In this document: positions 26,465 to 34,115 of the stretch, in pieces | How the letters are laid out: every line of letters starts with the position of its first letter | Numbering within the stretch: position 1 is the first letter of the stretch | DNA from: a virus | Lineage: Duplodnaviria; Caudoviricetes | DNA: 46,610 nucleotides | Reading direction: 5' to 3' (one strand) | IMG/VR virus record: IMGVR_UViG_3300034993_000035 | Coordinates: 1 to 46,610 of that record | The notes under the pieces: generated by a model | What the model was told of the DNA's origin: nothing | The model's input: the letters and a program-made list of their open reading frames with translations, nothing else | Database searches by the model: none | Translations under genes and position numbers: made by a program

Positions 26465-26692
26465 TTAGGCGACCTCCACGAACTCGCGCGTCGGGATGCC
26501 GGTCAAAAATTCGATACGGGACGCGAGCGTCAACGACGGCCGGCGCACGCCGGACAGGACTTGTGAGACCTGTGCTGGTGTTACATCGAGCTGGGTCGCC
26601 AGCCACGACTGACTCTGCTTCTGTTTGTCAAGCCACTCGCGCAAGCGTTCGCGCCCGAGTTGCCGCTCCGGAGTTGAAGTGTGTCCATTCAC
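26465..26692 (-). CDS. cro: Cro-like XRE-HTH repressor
   Basis: LREWL.....SQSWLATQLDVTPAQVSQVLSGVRRPSL.LA.RIE..TGIP; divergent from cI. Confidence 0.85.
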   Translation of the reverse strand: MNGHTSTPERQLGRERLREWLDKQKQSQSWLATQLDVTPAQVSQVLSGVRRPSLTLASRIEFLTGIPTREFVEVA

Positions 26693-26701
26693 GATATGTG
26701 A

Positions 26702-26730
26702 ACGGTAACCAAACGTGACCGACGAGTCAA
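26702..26730 (-). promoter_or_regulatory. Early lytic promoter for cro
   Basis: TTGACT-17 bp-TACCGT, ending 9 nt before the GTG (near-leaderless). Confidence 0.65.
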
Positions 26731-26751
26731 GAGAATTGTCACGTTCCGTTA
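26706..26751. promoter_or_regulatory. Candidate operators: inverted pair GTCACGTT-NN-GTTA
   Basis: taaccaaacgtgac (26706-26719) and gtcacgttccgtta (26738-26751) flank the -35 box. Confidence 0.55.
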
Positions 26752-26822
26752 TGATTTCCAGTAACGATTTGAGCCACAAGGACTTACCGGCCGGATGCGC
26801 TACGCTATCGCCAGCTTCACTA

Positions 26823-27266
26823 ATGGCTAACGCCGCGCAGAACTTACGGGACCGGGTTCAAGAACTCATCGAACGAGACCAGAAGTCGGCCAGCGCGGTC
26901 GCTCGCGCGCTTGGCCATCGACCAGCGTGGTTGAGCATGTTTCTCACAGGGAAACGCGACATTCCTCTGAAAAATCTCGACAAGATCGCGGACTATTTCC
27001 GGGTACCGGTTGAGGCCTTGATCAGCTCTGACCCAATCCGTCACGGGGGTACGCAAGGCTCCGGGCGTGACCCAGCCACCTCACCTTCGGCTCGCCTACT
27101 CCAGATCGAGCGGCTTGAAGCCCGAGCCGCCCTCCGCGAGATCCACGACACCGCCCGCGCCATCCTCGACCGTTTCGACGATCGCGCAGAACCTGAACGA
27201 ACTCGACACCCTAAGACCGGCACTCATGGCCGAGGTCGGCCGGCTCATCGCCGCGCTGCTGGCTAG
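26823..27266 (+). CDS. CI-like XRE-HTH repressor (no S24 peptidase domain seen)
   Basis: LRDRVQEL...SASAVARALGHRPAWLSMFLTGKRDI.L.NLDKIADYF.VPV..L. Confidence 0.85.
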   Translation: MANAAQNLRDRVQELIERDQKSASAVARALGHRPAWLSMFLTGKRDIPLKNLDKIADYFRVPVEALISSDPIRHGGTQGSGRDPATSPSARLLQIERLEARAALREIHDTARAILDRFDDRAEPERTRHPKTGTHGRGRPAHRRAAG

Positions 27267-27280
27267 AGCGAGGAGACAAC

Positions 27281-27694
27281 ATGCGGCCTTCACTGATTCG
27301 GGCGATTTGTTTTGTGGCGATGTCTCTGTGCCTGTCCGCTTGCGACGACCAACCGGCAGGACCGACAGGACCGGACATCACCGGCACGTGGACAGGGACG
27401 CTGAACGATAGTTTAGCTGGCGTTGGCACCGTTCGCTTGACCATCATCCAGTCAGGCTCACGCCTCTCTGGTACATGGGCGAGCACGTTTCAAGATCCAA
27501 CCTTCAGTAACAGCGGCACGCTGACCGGCACGTATTCCGGCACATCAGCCACCATCACGCTCACACCGGGTGGCCAAGGCGCGTGCCCGTTTCGCGTGAC
27601 GGCCACCCCAACTGCAACTGCAATCACTGGCACTTACGCAGCCGTCAATTGCCAGATCGCCATCGGTGGCAGTGTCACCGTCACAAAAGAGTGA
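27281..27694 (+). CDS. Lipoprotein (beta-barrel-like), possible superinfection exclusion
   Basis: Lipobox LSAC; ITGTWTG; GAGGAG RBS; between cI and int. Confidence 0.8.
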   Translation: MRPSLIRAICFVAMSLCLSACDDQPAGPTGPDITGTWTGTLNDSLAGVGTVRLTIIQSGSRLSGTWASTFQDPTFSNSGTLTGTYSGTSATITLTPGGQGACPFRVTATPTATAITGTYAAVNCQIAIGGSVTVTKE

Positions 27695-28785
27695 AGCGCG
27701 ATCCCCTCTGGCGTGGCCTCGAACCCCACGGCGCCGGCTGGCGCGCGGTGGTCAGCCAAGGCCGCGACCGCCCCCGCTTCAAGAAGCATTTCCCCGCCGG
27801 GACACCCCCGCAGATCATGCAAGCGTGGCGGCGGGACACCAGGGACAAGCTGAGGTACACGCGCAAGATCCGCAGCCGCGCCGGGCTGTTTCGGGCCGAC
27901 GTGCGCCGCTACTTGGCGCTCGAAGCTGTGAAGCGCATGCCCACGGTGAAAGAACGCACCTACCATCTTCGGCTCTGGACCGCCGTCTTTAGCGACCTGC
28001 CCACCGACGCCATCACGGCCAACCAGATCGAGAGCCAGAAAATCCGCTGGGCCACAGAACCGCGGAGCGCGAAGGATGACCGGCCGCTCTCGGCCGTGGC
28101 GGTCAATCACCGGCTGAAGGCCCTGTCGAACCTCTTCGCCCGGCTCTATCCTGACTGGCCCAATCCGGTCAGGAAGGTGCCGGAAGAGACCGAAGCGCGG
28201 CCAGCGGGGAAAGGTCGGGCGATTCCCTACTCGGTCATCCAGCGCATTCTGGCGGCCCTGCCTGACCGTGGACGTGCTGACAGAGGCGCGCATGTGCCGA
28301 CGTTTTCCCGCACGAAGATCCGGCTGCGCTGTCTGGCCTACTGTCAGATCACCGCCGGGCAGATGATGCGGCTGACGCCGGAGGATCTGGACTTGTCAGC
28401 CGGGGCGATTCGCCTGCCCAGACGCTACAAGGGGCGCGGGGCTGACGCCCGCTGGGTGCCGCTCGTCACGCTAGCCGTGGCAGCCTTCACCGACTTTATG
28501 ACACACAATCTCTTCGGCCGGTTCTCGACATCCTCGACCTGGAAGAGCTTCAACCGTGCGGCGGCCCAGGTGGGCCTAGGACCGCTCCGGGTCTACGACC
28601 TGCGCCATTCGTTCGCCTCGGCCCTGGTCGCCGCCTCCAAGGACGACGGAGCCGCCCAGATGGCCCTCCAGCACGGCTCCCCGGAGACGACCCGACGCTA
28701 TACCGAGTCAGCCGTGGACCCGCGCATCCGTGACGCCATGACGAAATTGAATGCAGTATTGGGGGAACATTCCGGGGGAACTTGA
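27691..28785 (+). CDS. int: Tyrosine recombinase / integrase
   Basis: VNHRL.ALS.LF; YDLRHSFAS; LQHGS.ETT.RY; GTG 27691 coupled to the lipoprotein stop; adjacent tRNA fragment. Confidence 0.9.
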   Translation: MKRDPLWRGLEPHGAGWRAVVSQGRDRPRFKKHFPAGTPPQIMQAWRRDTRDKLRYTRKIRSRAGLFRADVRRYLALEAVKRMPTVKERTYHLRLWTAVFSDLPTDAITANQIESQKIRWATEPRSAKDDRPLSAVAVNHRLKALSNLFARLYPDWPNPVRKVPEETEARPAGKGRAIPYSVIQRILAALPDRGRADRGAHVPTFSRTKIRLRCLAYCQITAGQMMRLTPEDLDLSAGAIRLPRRYKGRGADARWVPLVTLAVAAFTDFMTHNLFGRFSTSSTWKSFNRAAAQVGLGPLRVYDLRHSFASALVAASKDDGAAQMALQHGSPETTRRYTESAVDPRIRDAMTKLNAVLGEHSGGT

Positions 28786-28826
28786 TGTAGACTTTCGTAG
28801 ACTTGCTAGGACTTTTAAGCACTTTC
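28761..28826. repeat. attP arm candidates: GGGGGAAC x2 and TAGACTT-like repeats about 10 bp apart
   Basis: 28761-28768 and 28774-28781; gtagacttt/gtagactt/taggacttt/aagcacttt. Confidence 0.5.
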
Positions 28827-28907
28827 CATCGCGACACCGCAGGAGGCGGACAGGCGAAAGGTGACGAAAACTCAGGGAGAAATGGGGCGAAAGTGCGAGC
28901 GACTCAG

Positions 28908-28950
28908 TCGGCTTAGAAGGCCGATGCTCTGTCCCCTGAGCTACGGGCGC
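28908..28950 (-). mobile_element. attP core: 5' 43 nt of tRNA-Arg(UCU), a partial tRNA
   Basis: GCGCCCGTAGCTCAGGGGACAGAGCA-TCGGC-CTTCTAA-GCCGA contains acceptor 5' strand, D arm and anticodon arm; no T arm follows. Confidence 0.85.
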
Positions 28951-29009
28951 GTAAAGACTTGCAGGCTGGGGCAAACGTTCGGTGCCACCAACCCGCTCAC
29001 ACATTGATC

Positions 29010-29038
29010 TTATAGCACCGCTGGAGGCTCCCATGAAG
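29010..29038 (-). promoter_or_regulatory. Candidate promoter for the reconstituted tRNA
   Basis: TTCATG-17 bp-TATAAG with TG extension, about 60 nt upstream of the tRNA fragment. Confidence 0.45.
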
Positions 29039-29227
29039 CGTGTTCTGATCGTTGCTGCCCTTGTTACCTTCGCCCTGTCCTCCTACGCCGCCGCGCAAGG
29101 CTTCGTCTCGCGCTGTGGCCGGGTGAAGAACGGCACCGACTTCAACATCTCGGTCTATACGCGCGGGTCCAGTATCCCGACGAACATCGGGCCGCACAGC
29201 ACCGGCACGGTCTGCGCCGGCCGATGA
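29033..29227 (+). CDS. Small secreted protein (64 aa, two Cys)
   Basis: GGAGG RBS; signal peptide MKRVLIVAALVTFALSSYAAA. Confidence 0.75.
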   Translation: MKRVLIVAALVTFALSSYAAAQGFVSRCGRVKNGTDFNISVYTRGSSIPTNIGPHSTGTVCAGR

Positions 29228-29406
29228 GCGCCCTGGTGCTGGGGATGATCTATCTGGTCGTGGGAATCGGGTTCGCGTGGCGGGACGCTAAGCTGCACGC
29301 GGAGGTGTCAGACGACTGGCTGACCCGCGTCATCTTAGCGATCCTCTACGTCACCGGCTGGCCGCTGTGGCTACTCACGCGAGTGGCTATGCGACTCTGG
29401 CGCTAG
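29224..29406 (+). CDS. Small two-TM membrane protein
   Basis: ATGA-coupled; two hydrophobic helices; GWPLWLL. Confidence 0.75.
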   Translation: MSALVLGMIYLVVGIGFAWRDAKLHAEVSDDWLTRVILAILYVTGWPLWLLTRVAMRLWR

Positions 29407-29906
29407 GGCAGATCCATCACCTGATCAGCAAGGCGATTTAGCCATCCTCGCGCCCAGCGACGTCGATCTGCCTTCTCTGACCAGAGGAGCTCGCCGACGA
29501 AGCGCAACCGCTCGGCGTAGACGCTTCGTGCGAGCGACGGCTGGCCGGCGACCGCCCGGAAGGCTGCTTGACTCCGCGGCCCCATCACGCCATCGGCGCG
29601 CACGCCGAGCGCCTTCTGCAGAATCACGATGGCCCGGTACAGTCCCGAATGCGCCGCGCAATCGGTGACGAGGTAGCCGACGATGCGATCGGCGATGCAG
29701 ATGTCGACGAGGCCGGTTCGCTGCATCCACGTCTCGTAATTGATGGCCGCGTCGGCCGCGTTCGACGGCGGGATAAACCCGTTGTCGTCGAGCCATTGCG
29801 GGGTCTGCCCGAAACGGGTCAGGCCCTTCCCGTCGCCGACGTCCGCCACACCGCCTTCAGCCTCAAGGATTCTGTCAATCGCGTACTGGACCGAGGCGGG
29901 TGTCAC
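29403..29906 (-). CDS. Endolysin, glycoside hydrolase family 108 with peptidoglycan-binding C-terminus
   Basis: ILEAEGG...G.TRFG.T; D.A.HSG..RA...LQ.ALGV.ADG.MGP; GWLNRL. Confidence 0.88.
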   Translation of the reverse strand: MTPASVQYAIDRILEAEGGVADVGDGKGLTRFGQTPQWLDDNGFIPPSNAADAAINYETWMQRTGLVDICIADRIVGYLVTDCAAHSGLYRAIVILQKALGVRADGVMGPRSQAAFRAVAGQPSLARSVYAERLRFVGELLWSEKADRRRWARGWLNRLADQVMDLP

Positions 29907-30220
29907 TTGCCGTCTTTCTTCGGTTCGGGTTTCTTCACGGCGACCATCTTCTGGGTGTCGAGTGTCCAGCCGGGGAACTCTTTCTCGAACTGCGCCACGG
30001 CTGTCTGAATCACCTGCCCACTCTCGCGGGCAATCGCCTGGTACTGCTGCTGCGCTCGATTAGCCTTCAGCACCGCGTTCTCGATGCGGAGCGCGATGAG
30101 TTCAGGCACCGCTGGCGGCGCTTGGGCCGTGCTCAGCGGCAGTGGCGGCGCCGGCTTCTCCTGCGGGGCCACCGGCACCAGCGCCAGCAGCCACAGTGCG
30201 ATCACGATCCCATACGTCAT
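29903..30220 (-). CDS. Membrane-anchored or secreted coiled-coil protein (i-spanin-like candidate)
   Basis: N-terminal hydrophobic segment, Pro linker, helix; next to the endolysin. Confidence 0.55.
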   Translation of the reverse strand: MTYGIVIALWLLALVPVAPQEKPAPPLPLSTAQAPPAVPELIALRIENAVLKANRAQQQYQAIARESGQVIQTAVAQFEKEFPGWTLDTQKMVAVKKPEPKKDGK

Positions 30221-30237
30221 GTGTCCTCGTTTCAACA

Positions 30238-30307
30238 GGGCCGGGTAAAGTCGTCGTCACTCCGCCGTGAGGCCGGCGGGTCCAGCCGACGACTCGTGTC
30301 CCGGCCC
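30238..30307. other. Long interrupted intergenic hairpin
   Basis: Nested GGGCCGGG/CCCGGCCC, AGTCGTCG/CGACGACT and CCGCCG/CGGCGG helices. Confidence 0.7.
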
Positions 30308-30311
30308 ATCT

Positions 30312-30587
30312 CTAGGGCTTCGCCTGCACAGCCGCGTAGGCCGCGCGCAGCGCCGCAATCGCTTTGCGAACCGCCACGATGGCGTCGATCAATTGACTGA
30401 TCGCCAGCCCGATCTGTGGTGTCGCGGCATCGACGCGCCCGAGCACGTCCGCCTTCTTCTCGGCGCCCGTCAGCGGGTCTCCGTCCACCTTCTGGACTTC
30501 CGTCAGCACCCGCGCCGCGGTGCCGGTGACGGAGCCGGTCGGGAGCCACGTCGCGACCTTCAGTGCCGCCTTCTGGAAGAGGTTCAT
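30312..30587 (-). CDS. Hypothetical protein in the lysis cassette
   Basis: GAGGT RBS; TGAEKK motif, which recurs in holin-associated proteins. Confidence 0.65.
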   Translation of the reverse strand: MNLFQKAALKVATWLPTGSVTGTAARVLTEVQKVDGDPLTGAEKKADVLGRVDAATPQIGLAISQLIDAIVAVRKAIAALRAAYAAVQAKP

Positions 30588-30590
30588 CGG

Positions 30591-30731
30591 CTACCTCAGG
30601 AGGCCGCGCTCGATGAGGAGCGCGAGAAAGCCCAGCGCCACGGCCCACGCGATGAGGGACTGGCCCCGGGACCGCACGAGTTCGATGACGCCGAAGATGA
30701 CCGCGACAATGAGCAGTGCGAGGACAAGCAT
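30591..30731 (-). CDS. 46-aa two-TM protein (holin/antiholin candidate)
   Basis: Manual translation MLVLALLIVAVIFGVIELVRSRGQSLIAWAVALGFLALLIERGLLR; GGGAG RBS. Confidence 0.7.
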   Translation of the reverse strand: MLVLALLIVAVIFGVIELVRSRGQSLIAWAVALGFLALLIERGLLR

Positions 30732-30741
30732 GGGGATCTCC

Positions 30742-31062
30742 CTATTCGCCTTTGACGGCATTGAAGACATTGGCCGCCGCGCCTTTGACGCCGCCCTTGA
30801 GCGACGTCACCGCTTCAGGTGCCGAGTTGATGAGCCCGAACACGCCAGCGGCCGAGGACAGGATCGACGTCCAGCCGATGAGATAGCGGACGGCGGTTGC
30901 GCGCCCGAAGTCCGCCGCCGCCCAGGCGACAAAGACGGTGCCCAGAAACGATAGCAGCGCCGCGACAAGCAGCGCCCAGCGGCCCGTCACGCCGACCGAC
31001 TTGAGCAACTGACACACGACCACCACCGAGCCGGCAATCGTCATCGTGACTTCACTGTCCAC
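30742..31062 (-). CDS. Putative holin (three TM)
   Basis: GAGGAGG RBS before GTG 31062; VCQLLK motif; three hydrophobic segments. Confidence 0.7.
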   Translation of the reverse strand: MDSEVTMTIAGSVVVVCQLLKSVGVTGRWALLVAALLSFLGTVFVAWAAADFGRATAVRYLIGWTSILSSAAGVFGLINSAPEAVTSLKGGVKGAAANVFNAVKGE

Positions 31063-31082
31063 AGGGAGCCTCCTCTTTCGGA

Positions 31083-31367
31083 TCAGCGTGACCACTTCCA
31101 CAGGCGTTTCAGAATCCGCCGCGTGGCCACCTTGTCCGGCTGGTGATAATCGCTCACGCACTGCATGAGATCTTGCTGCATGGCCACCGGATCGGTCCAT
31201 GGACGCTGAGCGGCGGCGGTGAGAAACGACACCATGAAATCATCTTTCCGCTCTGCGCGTTTCGCGACCGCCCATAGCCGCCGGATGTGCCAGAGGAGCT
31301 GCACGAACACGGAGATAAACAAGACCTGCACGGACGCCCAGAGCGCGAAGGCGGCATACCGACCCAT
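31083..31367 (-). CDS. Membrane protein
   Basis: N-terminal TM; TGATG coupling. Confidence 0.65.
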   Translation of the reverse strand: MGRYAAFALWASVQVLFISVFVQLLWHIRRLWAVAKRAERKDDFMVSFLTAAAQRPWTDPVAMQQDLMQCVSDYHQPDKVATRRILKRLWKWSR

Positions 31368-31630
31368 CAGCGTTCCCCTTTATTTTCGAGGCGATCGAGC
31401 CGGCGGCTCAGGGCGTCGAAAAGTTTGTCGAGTTCGTCGCGGAGAAATCCCGTCTCGCGGTGATAGTCCGCCACAGCCAACTTGCTGCTCCAGAGCCCGT
31501 CAAGTTTCGTGCGGCTCAGGTCCGCCTCACGCTCTAGTTCCTTCATCTTCTGATTCTTCCCGCCGAGCAAGATCAACGTCCCGGCAAGCTGGAGCGCGAG
31601 CGCAATCCACGGCAGATAGGCTGGGTCCAT
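31367..31630 (-). CDS. Membrane protein with coiled coil (holin-like)
   Basis: N-terminal TM; RRLDRLE C-terminus. Confidence 0.7.
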   Translation of the reverse strand: MDPAYLPWIALALQLAGTLILLGGKNQKMKELEREADLSRTKLDGLWSSKLAVADYHRETGFLRDELDKLFDALSRRLDRLENKGER

Positions 31631-31713
31631 CTAGGCGTCTCCCATCCGGGCACACATCGCCCTATAACGAGAGAACGAGCGCCAGCCGAAAACCGAACAC
31701 GGTCCCACGCACA

Positions 31714-33345
31714 TCACACCGGCTTTCGTAGTCGGAGCGCCGCGAACGCGCGATCCAGTAACGTCACCACCGGCGCCGGAGCGCCAGGCATCGGCAGATT
31801 CGAGCGTGGAATCCGCACGAGGAAGCAGTCCATCCGCGCCGAGTCGTGATTCGAGCAGAGGTAGTACCAGCGGCCATCCGATGACACGTTCGGCTTCGGG
31901 CCTTTGTAGTAGGCCTGTTCTGATTCGTTGCCGCCTGTGCCCGCCGCCGACATCATCGTCATCTGCGGCGCGATGACCATCACGGTCGGATCGCCGGGGC
32001 GGTAGACGTAGAGTTCTCGCTCGCGCGCTACCGGCGGATTAGGCGACCCACCAGAAGCCACGTTGGTGTGGAACACCATCTGCTCCGCGATAGGCGTCGT
32101 GGCCGCCGCCACCGCCGTACCCCACGCGGGCTGGCCAAATCCGTTCGGGAGATTGGTCGGGTAGCTCGTGACCAGCACGCCGCCCGCTGCCACGTCTGAG
32201 AGATCCCAGAGTTTGACCTGCTCGAAGCCGGCGCCGCCGCCCGCGCTCGCGTCGTTGTCGGACGCCAACATGTAGCCGAAGCCAAACGCGAGATGCCCTG
32301 GTGCGCCTCCAGGAGGCGTGCCGCCGTGTAAGTCACAAATCAAATCCTCACTAGCCGGTGACGCGAGCGGAAACACAATGAAATCATTCCCGCTTGATGT
32401 CGGGCAATTGGCTGGATTATTGGCAATACCCATCGCCCCGTAGGTGCCGCTGAGGTCCACAAACGGATCGCCGCCGGGCGGCTTGACGACCCACGTATCA
32501 GCAGCCGTCATGAAGATGGCGCCGAGGTTGTTTCCGGCGAAATCAAGAATCGTCGCCGAGAACTTCGAGCCATCCGCGGTCACATGCGGCGACCAGATCC
32601 GCACGTCATCGAGATAATCCCCAGCCGCACCGCCGAGCACCGCCGCCATCTGGGTCCGCGCGGCAATCGTGTTGATGTCGCCGACCGTCGTGCAATCGCC
32701 GCCAGCCTCAGACGACAGCGGCAAGGAGCCTAGACCCGATCCGGTATCGCAGCGGAGATAGTGCGCACGGCGCGTCGTGCCGCCGCCTTTGATGTAGAGG
32801 ACATTCGCTTCCGTCGGCGAGGTCTGCCAGCTATCGGTCGCCGAGTTGGCGCCTTCGTTGTCGTCGCCAACCTCAAACAGCTTCGCCCACGTGACGGTAT
32901 TTGTGCTGAGGACGTAGCAGCCCTTGTACGGCCCGAGATCGCCGAAGCTATTCCAGAAGCACACTTCATCCGACGCCGCGCCGGAGGGCGGGCCTTCGTA
33001 GAAGATGTTCTGCCAATCGCTGTATCCCGTTTGGCGCACGCAGTCAGTCGCGCCGCATCCATGCCCGCCCGAGGCGACACTCGTCCCTGTCGAGACCGTC
33101 AGCCGTACGCCGTCGGTATCGTAGGGAGACGGGAATCGGAACTTGACAGCCGTCGCGGGCAGGAACGCCGGAGAGTCGATGTCGTCCTGCTCGCGCGCCG
33201 TGGTGTCAGTAAACTCCTCGGTAAAGCCGCCCTGGGTGTCAGAGAACCCGCCGAACTCGGCCGACGCGATCCGCGCTCGGAAGTATTGCTCGGGCAGTAA
33301 CGCCGCTCCAGCCAGCAGGAACGCGAGTAGCGTGCGCGTCCTCAT
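31714..33345 (-). CDS. Exported beta-propeller-like protein (543 aa, 10 Cys)
   Basis: Signal-like N-terminus; HVTADGSKF and PNVSSDGRWYYLCSN blade motifs. Confidence 0.7.
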   Translation of the reverse strand: MRTRTLLAFLLAGAALLPEQYFRARIASAEFGGFSDTQGGFTEEFTDTTAREQDDIDSPAFLPATAVKFRFPSPYDTDGVRLTVSTGTSVASGGHGCGATDCVRQTGYSDWQNIFYEGPPSGAASDEVCFWNSFGDLGPYKGCYVLSTNTVTWAKLFEVGDDNEGANSATDSWQTSPTEANVLYIKGGGTTRRAHYLRCDTGSGLGSLPLSSEAGGDCTTVGDINTIAARTQMAAVLGGAAGDYLDDVRIWSPHVTADGSKFSATILDFAGNNLGAIFMTAADTWVVKPPGGDPFVDLSGTYGAMGIANNPANCPTSSGNDFIVFPLASPASEDLICDLHGGTPPGGAPGHLAFGFGYMLASDNDASAGGGAGFEQVKLWDLSDVAAGGVLVTSYPTNLPNGFGQPAWGTAVAAATTPIAEQMVFHTNVASGGSPNPPVARERELYVYRPGDPTVMVIAPQMTMMSAAGTGGNESEQAYYKGPKPNVSSDGRWYYLCSNHDSARMDCFLVRIPRSNLPMPGAPAPVVTLLDRAFAALRLRKPV

Positions 33346-34115
33346 CGGCGCACCGTCTTAATCTGCCGCAGGCGCACGCCGCCGCCACGGACAGGATTAT
33401 TGATGATGCCGGGGACAAACGACGGCGCCGCGCCGCCGTCCTCCCCAATCGCCGCGACGATATTCAGCGTGGCGTTCGTGCCGGTAAACGTCCAATCGAG
33501 ATCGAACGTGCCAGCCGTGGCCGCGCGCTTGTCCGCAAAGTTGAGATTGATCGTGGTGGAGGACGCGCCCTCTTCACGCGTCGTGGTGCCGGTGTCGGCG
33601 TTCAGGTCCACCGTGGACACGCCAGCCCCGACAATGAGCGCCGCCGTCGTCGGGTCCACGTCCGCGCCGTCAATCGGCGACGACTGAGACGCGCTCTCCC
33701 CGCCGCCGCTGTCCTGCACGCAGGAGGTCAGATCCGTCCCGCTGTATTCGGCCGCGTACGTGACCAGAAAGGTCTGCGCGGCGCTATCGAGCGTGATCGT
33801 ATAGGTCGCGGCAACCGTGTCGCACTTCACCCACATCAGCAGCCGATGGCCTGAGCCGTCCTGCGTGATGACGGTTTCCCACACGTTGTCTTGATCGTCG
33901 GCAATGGTCGGCGTGGACAGATTGCCGATGATGGAGATCACCACAAGCGCCCGGTCCGCCGCCGTCGTGATCGTGATGTCGTTATTCGGATCAGCGTCGT
34001 CCACGTCATCAGCGGTTATTTCGACGAAGGCCGAATCGAGCACGGCTGACACCACCGGCTCCGCCACCACAAGCGCCGCCAGCGCCATCGCGCACGAGAC
34101 GAGGAGAAGCTTCAT
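33342..34115 (-). CDS. Exported beta-rich protein in the tail-fibre locus
   Basis: Signal peptide MKLLLVSCAMALAALVVA; DDQDNVW...EYSG motif pattern. Confidence 0.7.
   Translation of the reverse strand: MKLLLVSCAMALAALVVAEPVVSAVLDSAFVEITADDVDDADPNNDITITTAADRALVVISIIGNLSTPTIADDQDNVWETVITQDGSGHRLLMWVKCDTVAATYTITLDSAAQTFLVTYAAEYSGTDLTSCVQDSGGGESASQSSPIDGADVDPTTAALIVGAGVSTVDLNADTGTTTREEGASSTTINLNFADKRAATAGTFDLDWTFTGTNATLNIVAAIGEDGGAAPSFVPGIINNPVRGGGVRLRQIKTVRR

Noticed and set aside
28880-28950. Complete phage tRNA gene
   Set aside because: No T arm (GTTCGA) or acceptor 3' strand follows the anticodon arm; treated as attP
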